A stretch of DNA of 64,000 bases, taken from the NCBI GenBank assembly GCA_003971905.1, contig RSEE01000020.1, positions 310,001-374,000 on the forward strand, read 5' to 3'. Numbering within the stretch: position 1 is the first letter of the stretch; each line of letters starts with the position of its first letter. Below, in pieces: positions 49,519-61,627 of the stretch. Position numbers and translations under genes: made by a program. This DNA comes from Moniliella sp. 'wahieum'. Taxonomy: Eukaryota. The notes beneath the pieces are model-generated. The model worked only from the letters and a program-made list of their open reading frames with translations. It was not told where the DNA came from and ran no database searches.

Positions 49519-50599
49519 TTGGCCGGAGCATCGCTCGTTCGGATCAATGATCGCAGCGATGAGGGTGGGGGCAGAAGCGAACGATATACGGCCCACATGA
49601 TTCGGTCGCCACGAGGTTACTGCTTGGTTACTGTTGCAGCCCCTTCCGAGTTGAACGTTTGAGTATTGAGCCTGAGGATATTGATGTGTTGACGAATTAT
49701 TACTAGTTACTGATGCATGATGCCCCGGCGGGATAGATGTTCGTCTGCCCGAGTGGCGTTTGGGCTGGGGTGGAAGCTGCAGACTCCACGGCACAACGAG
49801 GGGGTTTTTAATCTGTGGCTGGCCGAGTGTGATGTGTGATGTATGTGACAGAAATGTGTGACATGCATGTGACATGGGACACATGGCCATGCACTATCTA
49901 TGATCTATGGCGGGTGATGCATATGCGATGCATGATGGCCGATGATCGAGATCATCGGGATGTGGAGACCACAGACGGCAGAGTGGTGCAGTGCTCCCAC
50001 GTGAAGCAGCTGAGACTAGGCACAGCCACGGTGACATGTGTGTCATAGCGCGTGTGTGATGCATGAGGGGAAGCGAGTGCTTAGCGCTTAGCCTGCTCTA
50101 GCGCCTAGCATCAGGCGTTGAACGTTCAAGCTGCGCGGCGGAGGACGGAGGACCAAGTCCCAAGTGCTGAGGCTGCGGCTGCGATGCGAACGTTGGACTG
50201 TTCCGCTGCAGATACTGGTCCTGAGCCTGACGTACTGCCCGTACGGAGGAACAGGGGCCAGGCCCAGCAGCACCTCCGGGCACCCCGCCAGCCCCAGCCC
50301 ATGGAACAAACAACGGCCCTCTCCCGTCTCCCATCTCCCACTGGGGTGGTCATCGATCACTCGCACTGGCGAGTGGCTCAGCGCAGGCGATGCATGATGC
50401 ATGACGCATCAGTCTGATTCCATAATCCATAATCCATGCACATGTGAATCATCCATCGATCGAGCGCCCTCGGAGCTTTCTACTTTCGGGGTGGGACGTC
50501 GGGACGGGGTTGGGAGCAGGATGGGGGCCGCCTATCGGTGCCAGCCCCCTGAGCATCTCACTACTACCACCACCACCACACACACGCCAGGCCCCGACG

Positions 50600-52559
50600 A
50601 TGCGTGCTGTTCTCGTCGCTGGAGCAGCCGCATGTGCTGCGCTTGGTGCCCTCGGTCTGCCCGCAGCCCCGCTCCAAGCCCACATCGTCCCAAGGTCTCC
50701 TTCTTCCACACTCGCCGTCCCCCGCCGATGCTGCGAACCCCGCCACGACTTTTCCCCTTTTATGGGCTCTTCCCCGTTCTTGGATGCCAATGCTTCTCTC
50801 TCCATGTCTAGCGACACAACCAACACCAGTGTCACCACAACATCACCACCAGCACCGCCGATGGGAGCACGGGCTCAAACATGGGCAGCGCAGGCTCTAG
50901 CTCTTCCGACAGTGGGAGCAATAGTGCTTCCGATAACGATGATTTGCCCTTCATGGCAGACCAAATGTGGAATGCGTCCGTGTATGCCATGGATCTGTAC
51001 ATACCCGGTGCCACTATCCCTGGGGCTCGCGCCCAGGACTCGGACAACCAAACAGCCATTACTGCGTACGGGGGCATGGACGACATGAGTCAAGCCCCGC
51101 ACTGTTCAACCGTTTTTGTCGGGAACGCCGTGAATAATGGAAGCTTTTTGACCGGATGGACTGCCTTGCCCAATGTACTTGGCTTTGATTTGATGCGAGA
51201 CGTGCGGGTCGCGGTGCCGGACCAAGTGCCGTGCCTGCTACCAGCTCGGACGAAGCCGACCCGGACAATTACGACTCGGACAGCGAGGACTCGAGCGATG
51301 CGGCTGCCAATGTGGCGGCTAAGGGTGCCATCTTTCCTTACTACATCGAGCACGGCAAGAACATGTCCTTGGTCAAGCGCGCCATCGTGGTTATTCCCGG
51401 TGTGCCTCGCAATCCATGGCAGACAGTCAACGAGGTGCGCAACTCGCTCCTGTGTGCCGCCTTTTCCAACAGCTCGGAATTGGATCTGTCAGAGGTATTG
51501 ATCCTTGGCCCCGCCTGGCTGACGCAAGACGATATTAATGCCGGTGCTGGCGGTCCAGAAGACATTTTTTGGCCCGCAGGCAATGACTGGGGCAACGGGA
51601 TCCCCTCGGCGGGGCCGGGCAATGTGAGCATCAGTGCGTTCAGCGCGCTTGACGCGCTGGTGGACATGTTGTTTTCCAACTCCAACTTCCCCAGCCTTAA
51701 TAGCGTGGTCATTGCAGGGCACTCCTTGGGTGCAGCGCTGGCTCAGCGGTACGCCAGTATCCGCGCCCCAACCGACGACGATGATGACCTGATCTACTTT
51801 GCCGCCAACCCCTCCGTCTATACTTGGCCCTCTCCCGAACGACCCCGACCACATGCTGGTGGAGGGTGTAACGGGACTCGCAACGAGTGGCCGTATGGCT
51901 ATGACTTGAGTCGCAACAACTTGTCTTTGGCTTATGCACCTCTTCCTTCGACCAATCGCTCGGAGCGTGCAGTGACGGAACAGTCACTTCGTTCCCAATA
52001 CCTCGGCCGCCAGGTCAACTTTGCCTGTGGGTTGGCGGATAATCTGACTGGCTCGACGCAGTGCCAGGCCATGTATCAAGGCCTCACACACCTTACCAGG
52101 TGCCTACACATGGAGGCCCAAGTTAAAGCCTTCAATGTTTCGACGAACAATACGTGGGTCTATGTGGATGGCGTGGGCCACAACGAATATCTGGTGCGTT
52201 CCCCCCCTCCTCCTCCCCCGCTCCCCCGCCCGTTCCACCCAGTTGGTTGTTATAGTTTGCTAAACCGGTACGGATGATAGATGTTCTCGTCGGTTGAAAC
52301 ACAGCAACGACTCTTCATCGACACGCTCAACGTCCGCAAGTCGGCATTCCGATCTACCAACTCATCCAACTCTTCCGGCACTGGCCTGACGGGAAACGTT
52401 AGTGTGTCTGCTAAGCCGGCTGCGCTGCCCACCAGCACTGGTGTTTCCGACGGGACTCCAACATCCAGCGATGCATCGGGTTTTGCCTCCCTAGCTCTCG
52501 GACAAGTAACCATCGCGCTGCTTGTTTCTGTGGTGGCAGGACTCGCGACTGTGGCGTAA
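50600..52559 (+). CDS. Secreted alpha/beta-hydrolase with signal peptide and C-terminal GPI/TM anchor (paralog of 6888-8693); intron 52194-52280; indels
   Basis: Signal MRAVLVAGAAACAALGALG, RAIVVIPG.PRN, ISAFSALD, VVIAGHSLGAALAQRYA, WPYG, A..QG..HL.R, GVGH, hydrophobic tail. Confidence 0.82.
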
Positions 52560-53573
52560 CTCTTCCTTTTCTCTCTCTTTTTTTCTTCTCACACCGGTTA
52601 TCAACTTGCTTCACGCGTTATGTCTTCGTTGCACTTTTGTCAATCCACCAGCTCTTTCATCTTCGCCCAACTATGTGTCGGCGGTGTCCCTACTTTCTCT
52701 TTCCATCTCCTCTATTTGCTCGCTCCACCTCGCACGGCCCTGCTCTCTCATCGACGCTGGGGCTTGTTCTGGGGTGGTAGTAATCTTTTTTTGCCTTCAC
52801 AGCGCATTGTTCTGTCACGGTCTCCATGCATTGCATACCATGAAATTGCCACGGGGCTTTGATCATGAAGTACCCACCCTCGGGACTTTAGCTATGACTG
52901 AAAACGCTGCAGCTCAGCTAGGTGGAGTCGTCTCGAGATCACAATGATTGCAATGGCCAACAGCCAACCATCGCAGAGCACCTCGGGCGAGTAACGAGAT
53001 GCTTCGTTCTGTTTTCTCGTGGGATTTAATTTCAGTTGCGTTGGCGGGGCCCTCAGCGTACTGAGTCAGTACTTAGACTGAGCCTCAGGCCTGATCGCAC
53101 GGAGCACTCAGGACCATTATGCAATCAGAGAGCGATACCTACTTGTAAAGCCGTCCATGATCACACGCATGTTACCGCGGTGGGGGGGGGGGGGGGAGTG
53201 TGTGCTGGTGGCAAATAGAAAGCAACAGCTCGATAACAAAAGATACAATATCTAGAGGCGACTATGGCAATGGGGAGAGTTGCATAGAGTGTTGCATCCA
53301 GTATACTAGTAACAACGCCCTTCTCTCAGGAGTCTCTCCTTTTCCTGTGACATGTGGCATATGACATCATACAACGCCAACGGCGGCTCCACCACAGTGG
53401 GCAGCACAACCAGGGCCCCACCTTTTTCACAACAGTCGCTCGCTCAAGCTATTTTACCACCCTCGGACCCTCCGAACTTTGCTGGCAACATCTGTTTTAA
53501 ACCATGCCGGTTCTCCTCTCTTGTGGCAGTTTCCATCCTCATTTTCACTGCTATCCTGGAAGCCTCGTGTGCC

Positions 53574-55005
53574 ATGTCCAAGACCGAATCCAAGTTTGGC
53601 CTTGCCACCCTCCTCCGCCCCATTCATGGAAGGAGAGCCAGCTCTTTTTCGCGGGCGCCTTCCTCCCCCTCATCGCGCAAAGGGCGGAAAGAAGAACGGG
53701 AAGACGGTACCTATCCCACCCCCATCTCGCTCACCACGTTTCGCCCTTTGCCTTACGGGTTGGAACGTAATGTGGCCATTGCCTTGGGCGAAGATGCAAA
53801 GCACGGCTTGTGGGCAGCGAGCCAACGGTACGGGGTCAGAACAATCAATTTCTCTATCGCGACTTTGCAGGTGCGTATACCTCGATACCTTTTCCCCCGA
53901 CCACCCTGTCCCGTCTTCGTCCATTTGCTCACCTAAACGGGATATCTTCTTTGGCCATTTCAGAGCGCAACGAGTTCCGCCAGCTGCTGGATCCCTTGAC
54001 TCCGTCAGCCGAGGGAGACCGGTCGGGCAGAAGTGATGAGCAATTTTCTCCTTTGCCCAACTCGGCGCTTGCACCACTATCCAACAGCCAACCCGGATCG
54101 TGTCAGGAGGATGCAGCCCTCCTGCCTTTGGTGGATCCTTTACCTTCTCGGGTATACCATACGTGCCTCGGAGGGCCAGCATGCCCCCGCCGCCCCTTAC
54201 TTTTGACGACGCCTTCCTTCCCCTTTCTACTTCTGACCTAGACCAGCTCCCGACGTCACGTCCATTGCGATCTCTCTCTTCTTCTAGCCTCCCCGACAAG
54301 GAAGATTGCCGATCCCTACCTTTGGTACACTCATCGTTGTTGGACACCTCCAACCAGAAGAGGAGGGACCAAGGGCCGACCACGGCCCAGCGCGGCGCTG
54401 GTGAACTTCAATTCCGAGGGAGGCGGGTGCGGCGTGTAGGTGCAGATGGGGATGAGGATGGGGATGGGTGTGGGAGGGTGAAACCAATGCTTGCGGGAGT
54501 AGCTGATACCCTTCCACAATACATGATTGATGCCTTGATGGCGTGCTCCATGAGCGAGCCCACTGTGTTGTCGGCTGAATCGCCTCCTCCCTTATTCCTG
54601 TCAGGAAGAGGAGTTGAACAACACGAGTGACCAGCACCCTGGATCAGTTCGGTTCTTCGACCAGACCAACAGCGATGGTGCCCTCCGCCACTCACAACCC
54701 ACTCTGGCTCCACCTCGGCATCATGTGCCTTCGCAGCAATACGCACCCACCTCGGACCCGGAGAGGAATCATGGTGAAACCGAGGGATCCTTGACGAATG
54801 CGCCGATATGTTTCCCTCCTACCTCGCTTCTCGCCGAGCACGACCTCGATTAGCAGAAGGGACATCTTACCTTCCGTCTTCTTCGTCCCCTTCCCATTTT
54901 GGCGGACGCGGCCGTCAGCCCTGCAGTCCGACCAGGACCGACACAGTCTCCCCACTGCTTCGTGCCTTCGGCCATGGTGACCCTCAATGGGTATGCCTTG
55001 CTATG
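53574..55005 (+). CDS. Hypothetical protein; intron ~53871-53963; frameshifted, end uncertain
   Basis: GCCATG start, a 99-codon first exon ending at CAG|GTGCGT, CTAAA..TTTCAG acceptor, and chained downstream ORFs. No family recognised. Confidence 0.4.
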
Positions 55006-55399
55006 AGGAACGCGCATTCTACCTCCTTAAGCTATCGACGGCAAGCCACGTTTAACTGCATGTGGTCTACAAGACGCCGTGTACCACCCACACACACTCT
55101 CTGAACTAGTAATAATGAGACCGCCACATATCACAGGTACCGTTTTGGGTCTCTCTGCGGACGCTGGTTGGACAGGAAGACAGAGGTGTTGCATTTTGTG
55201 CCGTATAGAAGGATCACCCTGGTTGATCTCCTCTGCCACCTACAGACTGGGTGGAACGGGGGTAGGGCGAAGGTAAGGGCGGTGCAAGTAAGCGGGAGAT
55301 ATATATACACGTAGCAATGAACGTCACACATCATCCGATGTCGAACGCAATCGGTAACGTTTCAATTTATCATTCATCAGCGCATCAGCAATCCTCAAG

Positions 55400-56808
55400 T
55401 GTTGGCCTAGGGAGCCGGACGGGCAGAAGGATGAGGAGAAGGTGATGGATTGGAGCCAGAGTTGGGTCTGGGTACAGAGGCATCTATATAGGAGGCTGGA
55501 CTAGGCACAGGGACAGTGAGTCACACAGGAGAGAGTGCAGGGCACAGGGACAGTGACACGCAGGGACGTCAGCGTGGAAGCCGATGGAACCGAGGCGAAC
55601 CTGGTCTACCGACTGGGAGCCAGAGGATCACAGTCAACACCCCCGCTGGCCAGGGAACCCGGAGACATCGGTTGTGGATGAGCTCCTGCCAGTGGATAGA
55701 GAGGGAGGGACTTGAGTGGCAACCGGGACGAATGGCCTGGAGTTGTGCATGGCCACACGACTGGCCTACACCCCCGCTGTCCAGGATGACACCTGAACGA
55801 GCCGAGCGCTTGTGGTTGGTGTATTGTGCGACCGCCAGATGCTTGTAGAAGTCTTAGAAGTAAAAGTAGTAGGGGTTGCGCCCCGAAGCGATTTGGTGGG
55901 CAAAAGTAAAAAGCACCAGTTATAGGTGTAGTGAAAGAAAATTGGAAACTTGGAGTAAATGCGGTCCAAGGTCGTTTGGCATCAAAATTGGATGCGTTTG
56001 GTAGTTGTTTGGTTCCGCATGCCTGGTGCCAGTGGGGTCCATTGGGCATGGGAAATGAACGGGCGCTATGCGTCAACCGTCTTGATCTGTTTGGGTTCTC
56101 TTTGTTGTTGAAAAAGAGGAGTGGAAGAAGTTGGGTGACCACCCCCCCCATCCTTTCCCAGGTGCCCCGGATGAATTGGCAATCCGGGCGTGTAGCCGTG
56201 GGTGGGGCACTTGATGAGCAGCCACCCCGCTTTCTGCGATTCGCCTGCGCCGTTTGTCGTTGGAGGAATTTCGTCTCGTTGACGATACCCGACACGTTTT
56301 GTTCCGTCGTGTGTTGTCCTAAAAATCATTGCCCATCTGTGGGGGACGAGTGTGCCGATTGTGGCGGTAGTATGCCGATTGTGGCGGTAGTATGCCGATT
56401 GTGGCGGTAGTATGCCGATTGTGGCGGTAAGGTGCCGATTGTGGCGGTGGTGTTGTTGGGCGGGAGGACGGGTGTGTCTTGTGGGCTTGGCGGCTTAGCT
56501 TGGGCTTGTAGGCTTGGGGGTGGGCTTGCTTGAAGAGCGCTCCCCTTCCGGGGGGATCAGATGTAGCTCTGTTGGCCTAGGGAGCCGGACGGGCAGAAGG
56601 ATGAGGAGAAGGTGATGGATTGGAGCCAGAGTTGGGTCTGGGTACAGAGGCATCTATATAGGAGCTGGACTAGGACAGGGACAGTGAGTCACAACAGGAG
56701 AGAGTGCAGGGCACAGGGACAGTGACACGCAGGGACGTCAGCGTGGAAGCCGATGGAACCGAGGCGAACCTGGTCTACCGACTGGGAGCCAGAGGATCAC
56801 AGTCAACA
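55400..56808 (-). mobile_element. Intact non-autonomous LTR retroelement (TRIM-like), 1409 bp, TSD TCAAG
   Basis: LTRs 55400-55639 and 56570-56808 differ only by a few 1-nt indels and have TGTTG...CAACA termini. TCAAG at 55395-55399 and 56809-56813. GCGGGGG tract abuts the left LTR on the minus strand. No gag/pol motifs inside. Confidence 0.93.
56353..56448. repeat. 20-bp tandem repeat x~5 (TGCCGATTGTGGCGGTAGTA) inside the LTR element
   Basis: Units start at 56353, 56373, 56393, 56413 and 56433. Confidence 0.95.
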
Positions 56809-59224
56809 TCAAGGCCAGTAGGTATCCGCGCTGGGTCGAGGCCCGCCGAGCTTAGGGAGTGGCGTGGGGAGTGTAGCAAGCTCAGGTGTAGCCCCGACAA
56901 GCGCACCGCGCTGTGCCTCGGTCGAGGCGCCTGCCGGTGCCAACGCCCAATACGATCCACCACCCATCCTCCCCCTTCCCTCTTTCTGGACGGCTACAAG
57001 GCACGTAGGCGCATCCCCGCACTGGCAGCTGCCAAGCCAGCCACCACTGCATCCTCCACACTCTTCCGCCCGCGCCACGGCGCGGGCACCAAGCCTTCCG
57101 GTACGCCGCGCAGCTCCACCGCGACAGCCAACGTGTCCCCTGCTAGCGCCAGCACGGTCCCCCATCCGTCGCCTCGTTTCCTTTGCGAGGCCCATCCATG
57201 CCGGGACGAGTGCCAAGGCTGCGAATCTGGTGGGTTAGTGTGGTCAGGCGGTCCGGCTCGGTCGGTCAGCATGCCAAAACCCGCTCGGCCCCCACAAGCA
57301 AATCCAATTTCTCTGACGCACCCAATACTGCTTCGCTCGGCTTTCTCCCCCATTCGTGCACGCTGTGCGCGAGCCACTTGGTGCCCTCGCTCCGGCCCTG
57401 GGCTCGCCGATGTAAATGCAAATGCAGCATCAGCCCAGCCACAGTCAACCCCAGTGCGGCTACCTCCAACACCTCGGCGCCAAGCCAGCTGCTCTCCGAC
57501 CCAGTCCAACCAGGACTCCGTGTCCTCCTCGTTTTTTTCACCCGGTGCATCGGCGTCTTTGTGGCCAGAGCGAGCGTGCCGCGCCTGCTCCACCCACTCT
57601 GCCACTACAAGTGACATGCGCAGTGTCGCCACCGCATGGGCGGAGGAGAGCAGCGCCAGCCCACTTGTCGCCTCACAGCCTTGGCTGTGCCTCGTCCAGG
57701 GGGCACGAGTTTCCCGCACGAATGGCCAAGCGAGAGCAGCGGCAGGAAGGAGCACAAGTGCGTTGGCACGCGCTTCGGGGGACAAGGCGGCGAGAGGGCA
57801 AGTAGGGTGCGCCGGCGGAGGGGTGGAGCAGGGCCCTGGGCGGCAGCGGCGGCTCCTCGGACGTGTGCCGTGCGGCAGAGAGCGCTGGGGCAAGCGAAGG
57901 CTGGGCAGGGGTCATGGTGCAGGGCGGGCATGCACACGGGCAGGTGGTGGTGGTGGCGGTGGTGGGAATGAGAGCAAGGCGCGGTGGGATGGGGTACTCG
58001 GGGGTGAAGCGTGAAGGGGAAGGGGGACAGTAGCGCGGAAAAGCTTGAAGGCGAGACAAAGCAAGCAGCGGGAAACGGAGCGAGGGGCAGCCAGCTGCGA
58101 TACTGGTGATTGCGACACGCGCACCAGCGTGGGCGCTTGGGCACATATAAGTCCCACCCAAATGGGCCTGCGCTGGCGCTGGCGCGCTTACCGCTTACCG
58201 GCTGGTGACGGTACATACACGGATTGAATATGAACATTGCACATTGATTTGCTCCGTAACCGGGTAACCCTACCCAAACGCGTAACGGGTAACCCCTCTT
58301 GCTGTAAGGCCTGTGAAAGCCAGTGGGCGTAGGTGCAGTCCTCAGAATCGCACCATCCCCCCACCACAACATTCCACCACGGGTAGCACCAGTGCGAACG
58401 AGGGGGGCACAGGGAAGAGCGTGGACTGAAGGGGCACGTGGGCCAAAAAGAATATCCAGAAAAAAGGGGAGTGTGTAGTACAATAAGCTGTAGCTCAGGT
58501 GCCCACACGCCCTTGCGGTGCTGGGATGTATATACCCATCAAGCTGTTGTGAGCATGAAGATAGAGAGGAGCGCGAGCTGTTTGCCACCTTATTCCAGAG
58601 GTGATGCCAACTCCTCAATCACGTCTCGCAGCACTCACGGTGCCTGCCTCTCAGTCGGTACTGCCACAGCTTCAGCTCCGGCTGCAGCAATCTCTGTTGC
58701 GCTCACGTACCTGCGGCTTCGTCCTCTCCAGCTTCGTCGCCGGCCGAAGAAGCGATTCATGTGTGGCGCAGGCGCAAAACGTAATACTTGGTCAGATCTG
58801 GCATCATGAGTTTACACGAGCGCAAGACGACGGTGGAGCCGACGTCTGGTCTGGGAGCTTGGCCTTCCCCCTAGTCGTCAGGGCCCCCTCTGGCGCATGC
58901 ACTTTCAGAAACACAGGAGCAGTAAAGGGAGTAATGCACAACATATAGGGCGTACGATGTTGGGGAATGAAACGCAAGATTGTGAGTTTCTGCGATAGGT
59001 CTATGGGGCCAGGGGAAAGACAGGGCGACACGCGTGACGGTAGAGCACCGCACTCGCCATAGCAGGGACAGCGTCAACCATCAGACTTGGCTGTGGCGGC
59101 CCTGTGGGTGGTGATGAGGCACGTCATGTGGGAGGCGAGAATGGATGGGATGTGTAGCAGAGCACCAGAGCCATTTCCTAAGGCTTATATTAGGGATCAG
59201 GGATGGGTAATATACAGCGGCGGC

Positions 59225-59620
59225 GCTCTATCAAGCAGGATGCGATCGACGGTGGTGAGATCGCCGTGGACAACGAAGCCTTGGCGTGCATCGAGGCAAG
59301 AGTGCGAAGCACTTGCTTCATGATAGATTGGATGTATTGGAGCTACATGCGGTCGTGGTTGATCAATGATCTCATCAAGCTGTCCTGGTGCTCAAATACC
59401 AGGCAGAGTCGCGTGCCGTTACAGAGAAAAACTTGCAATTGCACCCAACCAATCGCGTTTGCCTTGCCGACGGTCTGCAAGTTCCCGGCCTGACGGAACG
59501 CCTCGTAACGCATGGTCTTGTCTGTGCCTCTCACCTTGATCGCAACCGGCTCTGGTTAGTCACCGTGGCCAGCGTCTTGAATGTGTCCTCAGTTGCACTT
59601 GCCATGACGGCCGGTAATCT
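59225..59620 (-). pseudogene. Degenerate CMGC (DYRK/CLK-like) protein kinase fragment
   Basis: Read across frames: EPVAIKV..RLCLVFE..IQSIMKQVLRTLASMH..VVHGDL..ILL. In-frame TAG at ~59343; no KPEN, DFG or APE seen. Confidence 0.55.
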
Positions 59621-61627
59621 TGCACCAGAACAACGTGTGTCCAAGTCCACCCCTTTGATATGTGCCTGACCAGGACCAGGAAGCCATTAATGCCGACAAG
59701 GTAGTTCAATTTCAACGGCTCGCTATGCTTCATCTGCCAAGGAGACTGCACACTTCAAAGTCAGCTGGCCTAGTATGTTAACATTGAATGGGAGTAGTGG
59801 ACATGTGGTATCATGTAGTCCGTGGGGGTGGCGATGCAGTTGGGACCAACAAACAAGGCAAAGCACCGGACTATAGATGGGGTTAGGATTGGTCGCCAAA
59901 CACAAAGCCGACATGGCTCGCGTGGTGCCGTTTGACCGCAGGTTCGCCTGCGTCAGTTCCCGCCATATCGCTGTCGCGTTCGCGCCGCTCAGAGAGACAA
60001 GTGTGGTGTGGGGGTGATGGAAGTGGTGAGCGAAGGCGACCGAAAGGCATCTGGCATTGTGATGGGCACCGCTACTGCTACTGGCGCGGCAGCGGTATGA
60101 TACGGCACGCGAGATGACGACAGAGAGGGCGGAGGAGGAGGAGGAGGAGGACGCGACTGGGATAAAGGTGAGTATGGCTGAGTGCGTCGATGGCAATCGT
60201 ATAAAAGGGTTTTTGTGCGGTAGTAGGGCGATCTTTTGATGTGGTTGTGTCGGAGGATCGGGTGGGCGCGGATGGCGGCGCGAGGGAGGATTCGGATGAA
60301 GTGCGGCGTGGAGAAAGAGTGTGGCAGCGCCATTGTCGACGTGGAGGGGGAAGGGATGAGGTGGTGTGAGAAGAAGTAATCCGCCTCGACGGCGTTGCTC
60401 ACAGACACGTCGAGAGCACCGCGGCGTGGAGGGGTATTTGGTGTTTTAAGCTCCGATCCATCAACCAGCCCCAACACGAAACTACTGGGAGTCGTCCTTC
60501 GGTTCCCTAAGGGATTGTATCCCCAAACCGTAGGGACCTCCCTGGCGCCCGCCCGTGACACGGAGCTTCGACAGCAGTTGCGGTGGCAGCCGGTCTGATT
60601 AATCCTGCGTTGAATATGGACCCTCCTTCCCCGCCGTAGACGTCAGCAAAACGAGGCAAAGGCACTATGAACTGAGTTGAGTCGGGTGGTGCCGCAGCGC
60701 GTGACATGCATGACAGCGCCGTGTGATGCATGTGACATGTGACATGTGACACCCGTAACATGTAACACGTGACATGCAACATTCCTGCGACGATCATATA
60801 CGCGCTACGAAGCGAGAGGCCGACGCTTGCCCCTCGCGCTGGCCGATCTGGTCCTGCTGAGCCCTGCCGCGCTGTTGGGTTCCCTTGTGGGGCGCCAGTG
60901 TGCAGAGGGGCGGGCACGTGGGGACCGGTGGCAGCAGGTGGCAGCAGGTGGCTGCCCAGGAGCGGCCGCCTGCCGGCCTAGTGGCGCCTGCAATGATCGA
61001 CACTGCGACACTGCTCCTGTGCCGAGAGTCTACACCGCTCCCCAAGCTGGCGCCATGCGAGCAGCCGAGGGCCGCAAAGGAACACTGGCCGGAGGGGAGC
61101 CCTCCGCTTGGGGTCCATCCTGCGCCGCCGAGCCAAACGTAGCACGCGCGCAACTCCGCCCCGCTGGTGGGCACGGGGTCAGTGCTGCATCTGGTCCCCA
61201 CCGGCCGCACGGGGCAGCGCTGGGCGCTGGCGGCGCACGGCAGCACTCTGGCTGCTCTGGCTTGGCGGCGCTTGTGCACGCTTCTGCTGGCTGGTGCGTG
61301 CTGGTGCGCACGACGCTTGCTCTGGCTTGCGGGGTGGCTGCGTACGTACGCACCCTCCAGCTCGGCGGCTGGCAGCAGAGAGCAGAGAGCGCAGGCAGAT
61401 CGCTGCCCACCGTCCCCTTCTCCTCCTCCCCGCCCCGTCCCCGCTGTCCTTGCGTGTGCGCTGCGCATTCAACCCAGCCTTGCTGCCACCCTGTCTGGCC
61501 GGCCCAGCCCATCCCACTCTTTTGCCCACCGCCCACACCTCCTCCCCACCACCCCACCCCCGTTGCGCCGCGCACACCCAACCGACTCTCTCCCCTCCTT
61601 TCCCGCTCCTGCCCCCCGCTCCCCACC

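Noticed and set aside
56551..56569. GGGGG..ATGTAGCTC resembling a tRNA-Ala 5' end next to the LTR
   Set aside because: No cloverleaf follows, and a 5'-end match does not fit standard tRNA priming. Kept only as part of the PBS question.
56704..58014. 436-aa ORF, and similar long ORFs at 6057-6739, 28474-29262 and 60794-61954
   Set aside because: GC-rich promoter or low-complexity DNA open in several frames on both strands, with Arg/Ala/Cys/Trp-rich composition and no motifs.
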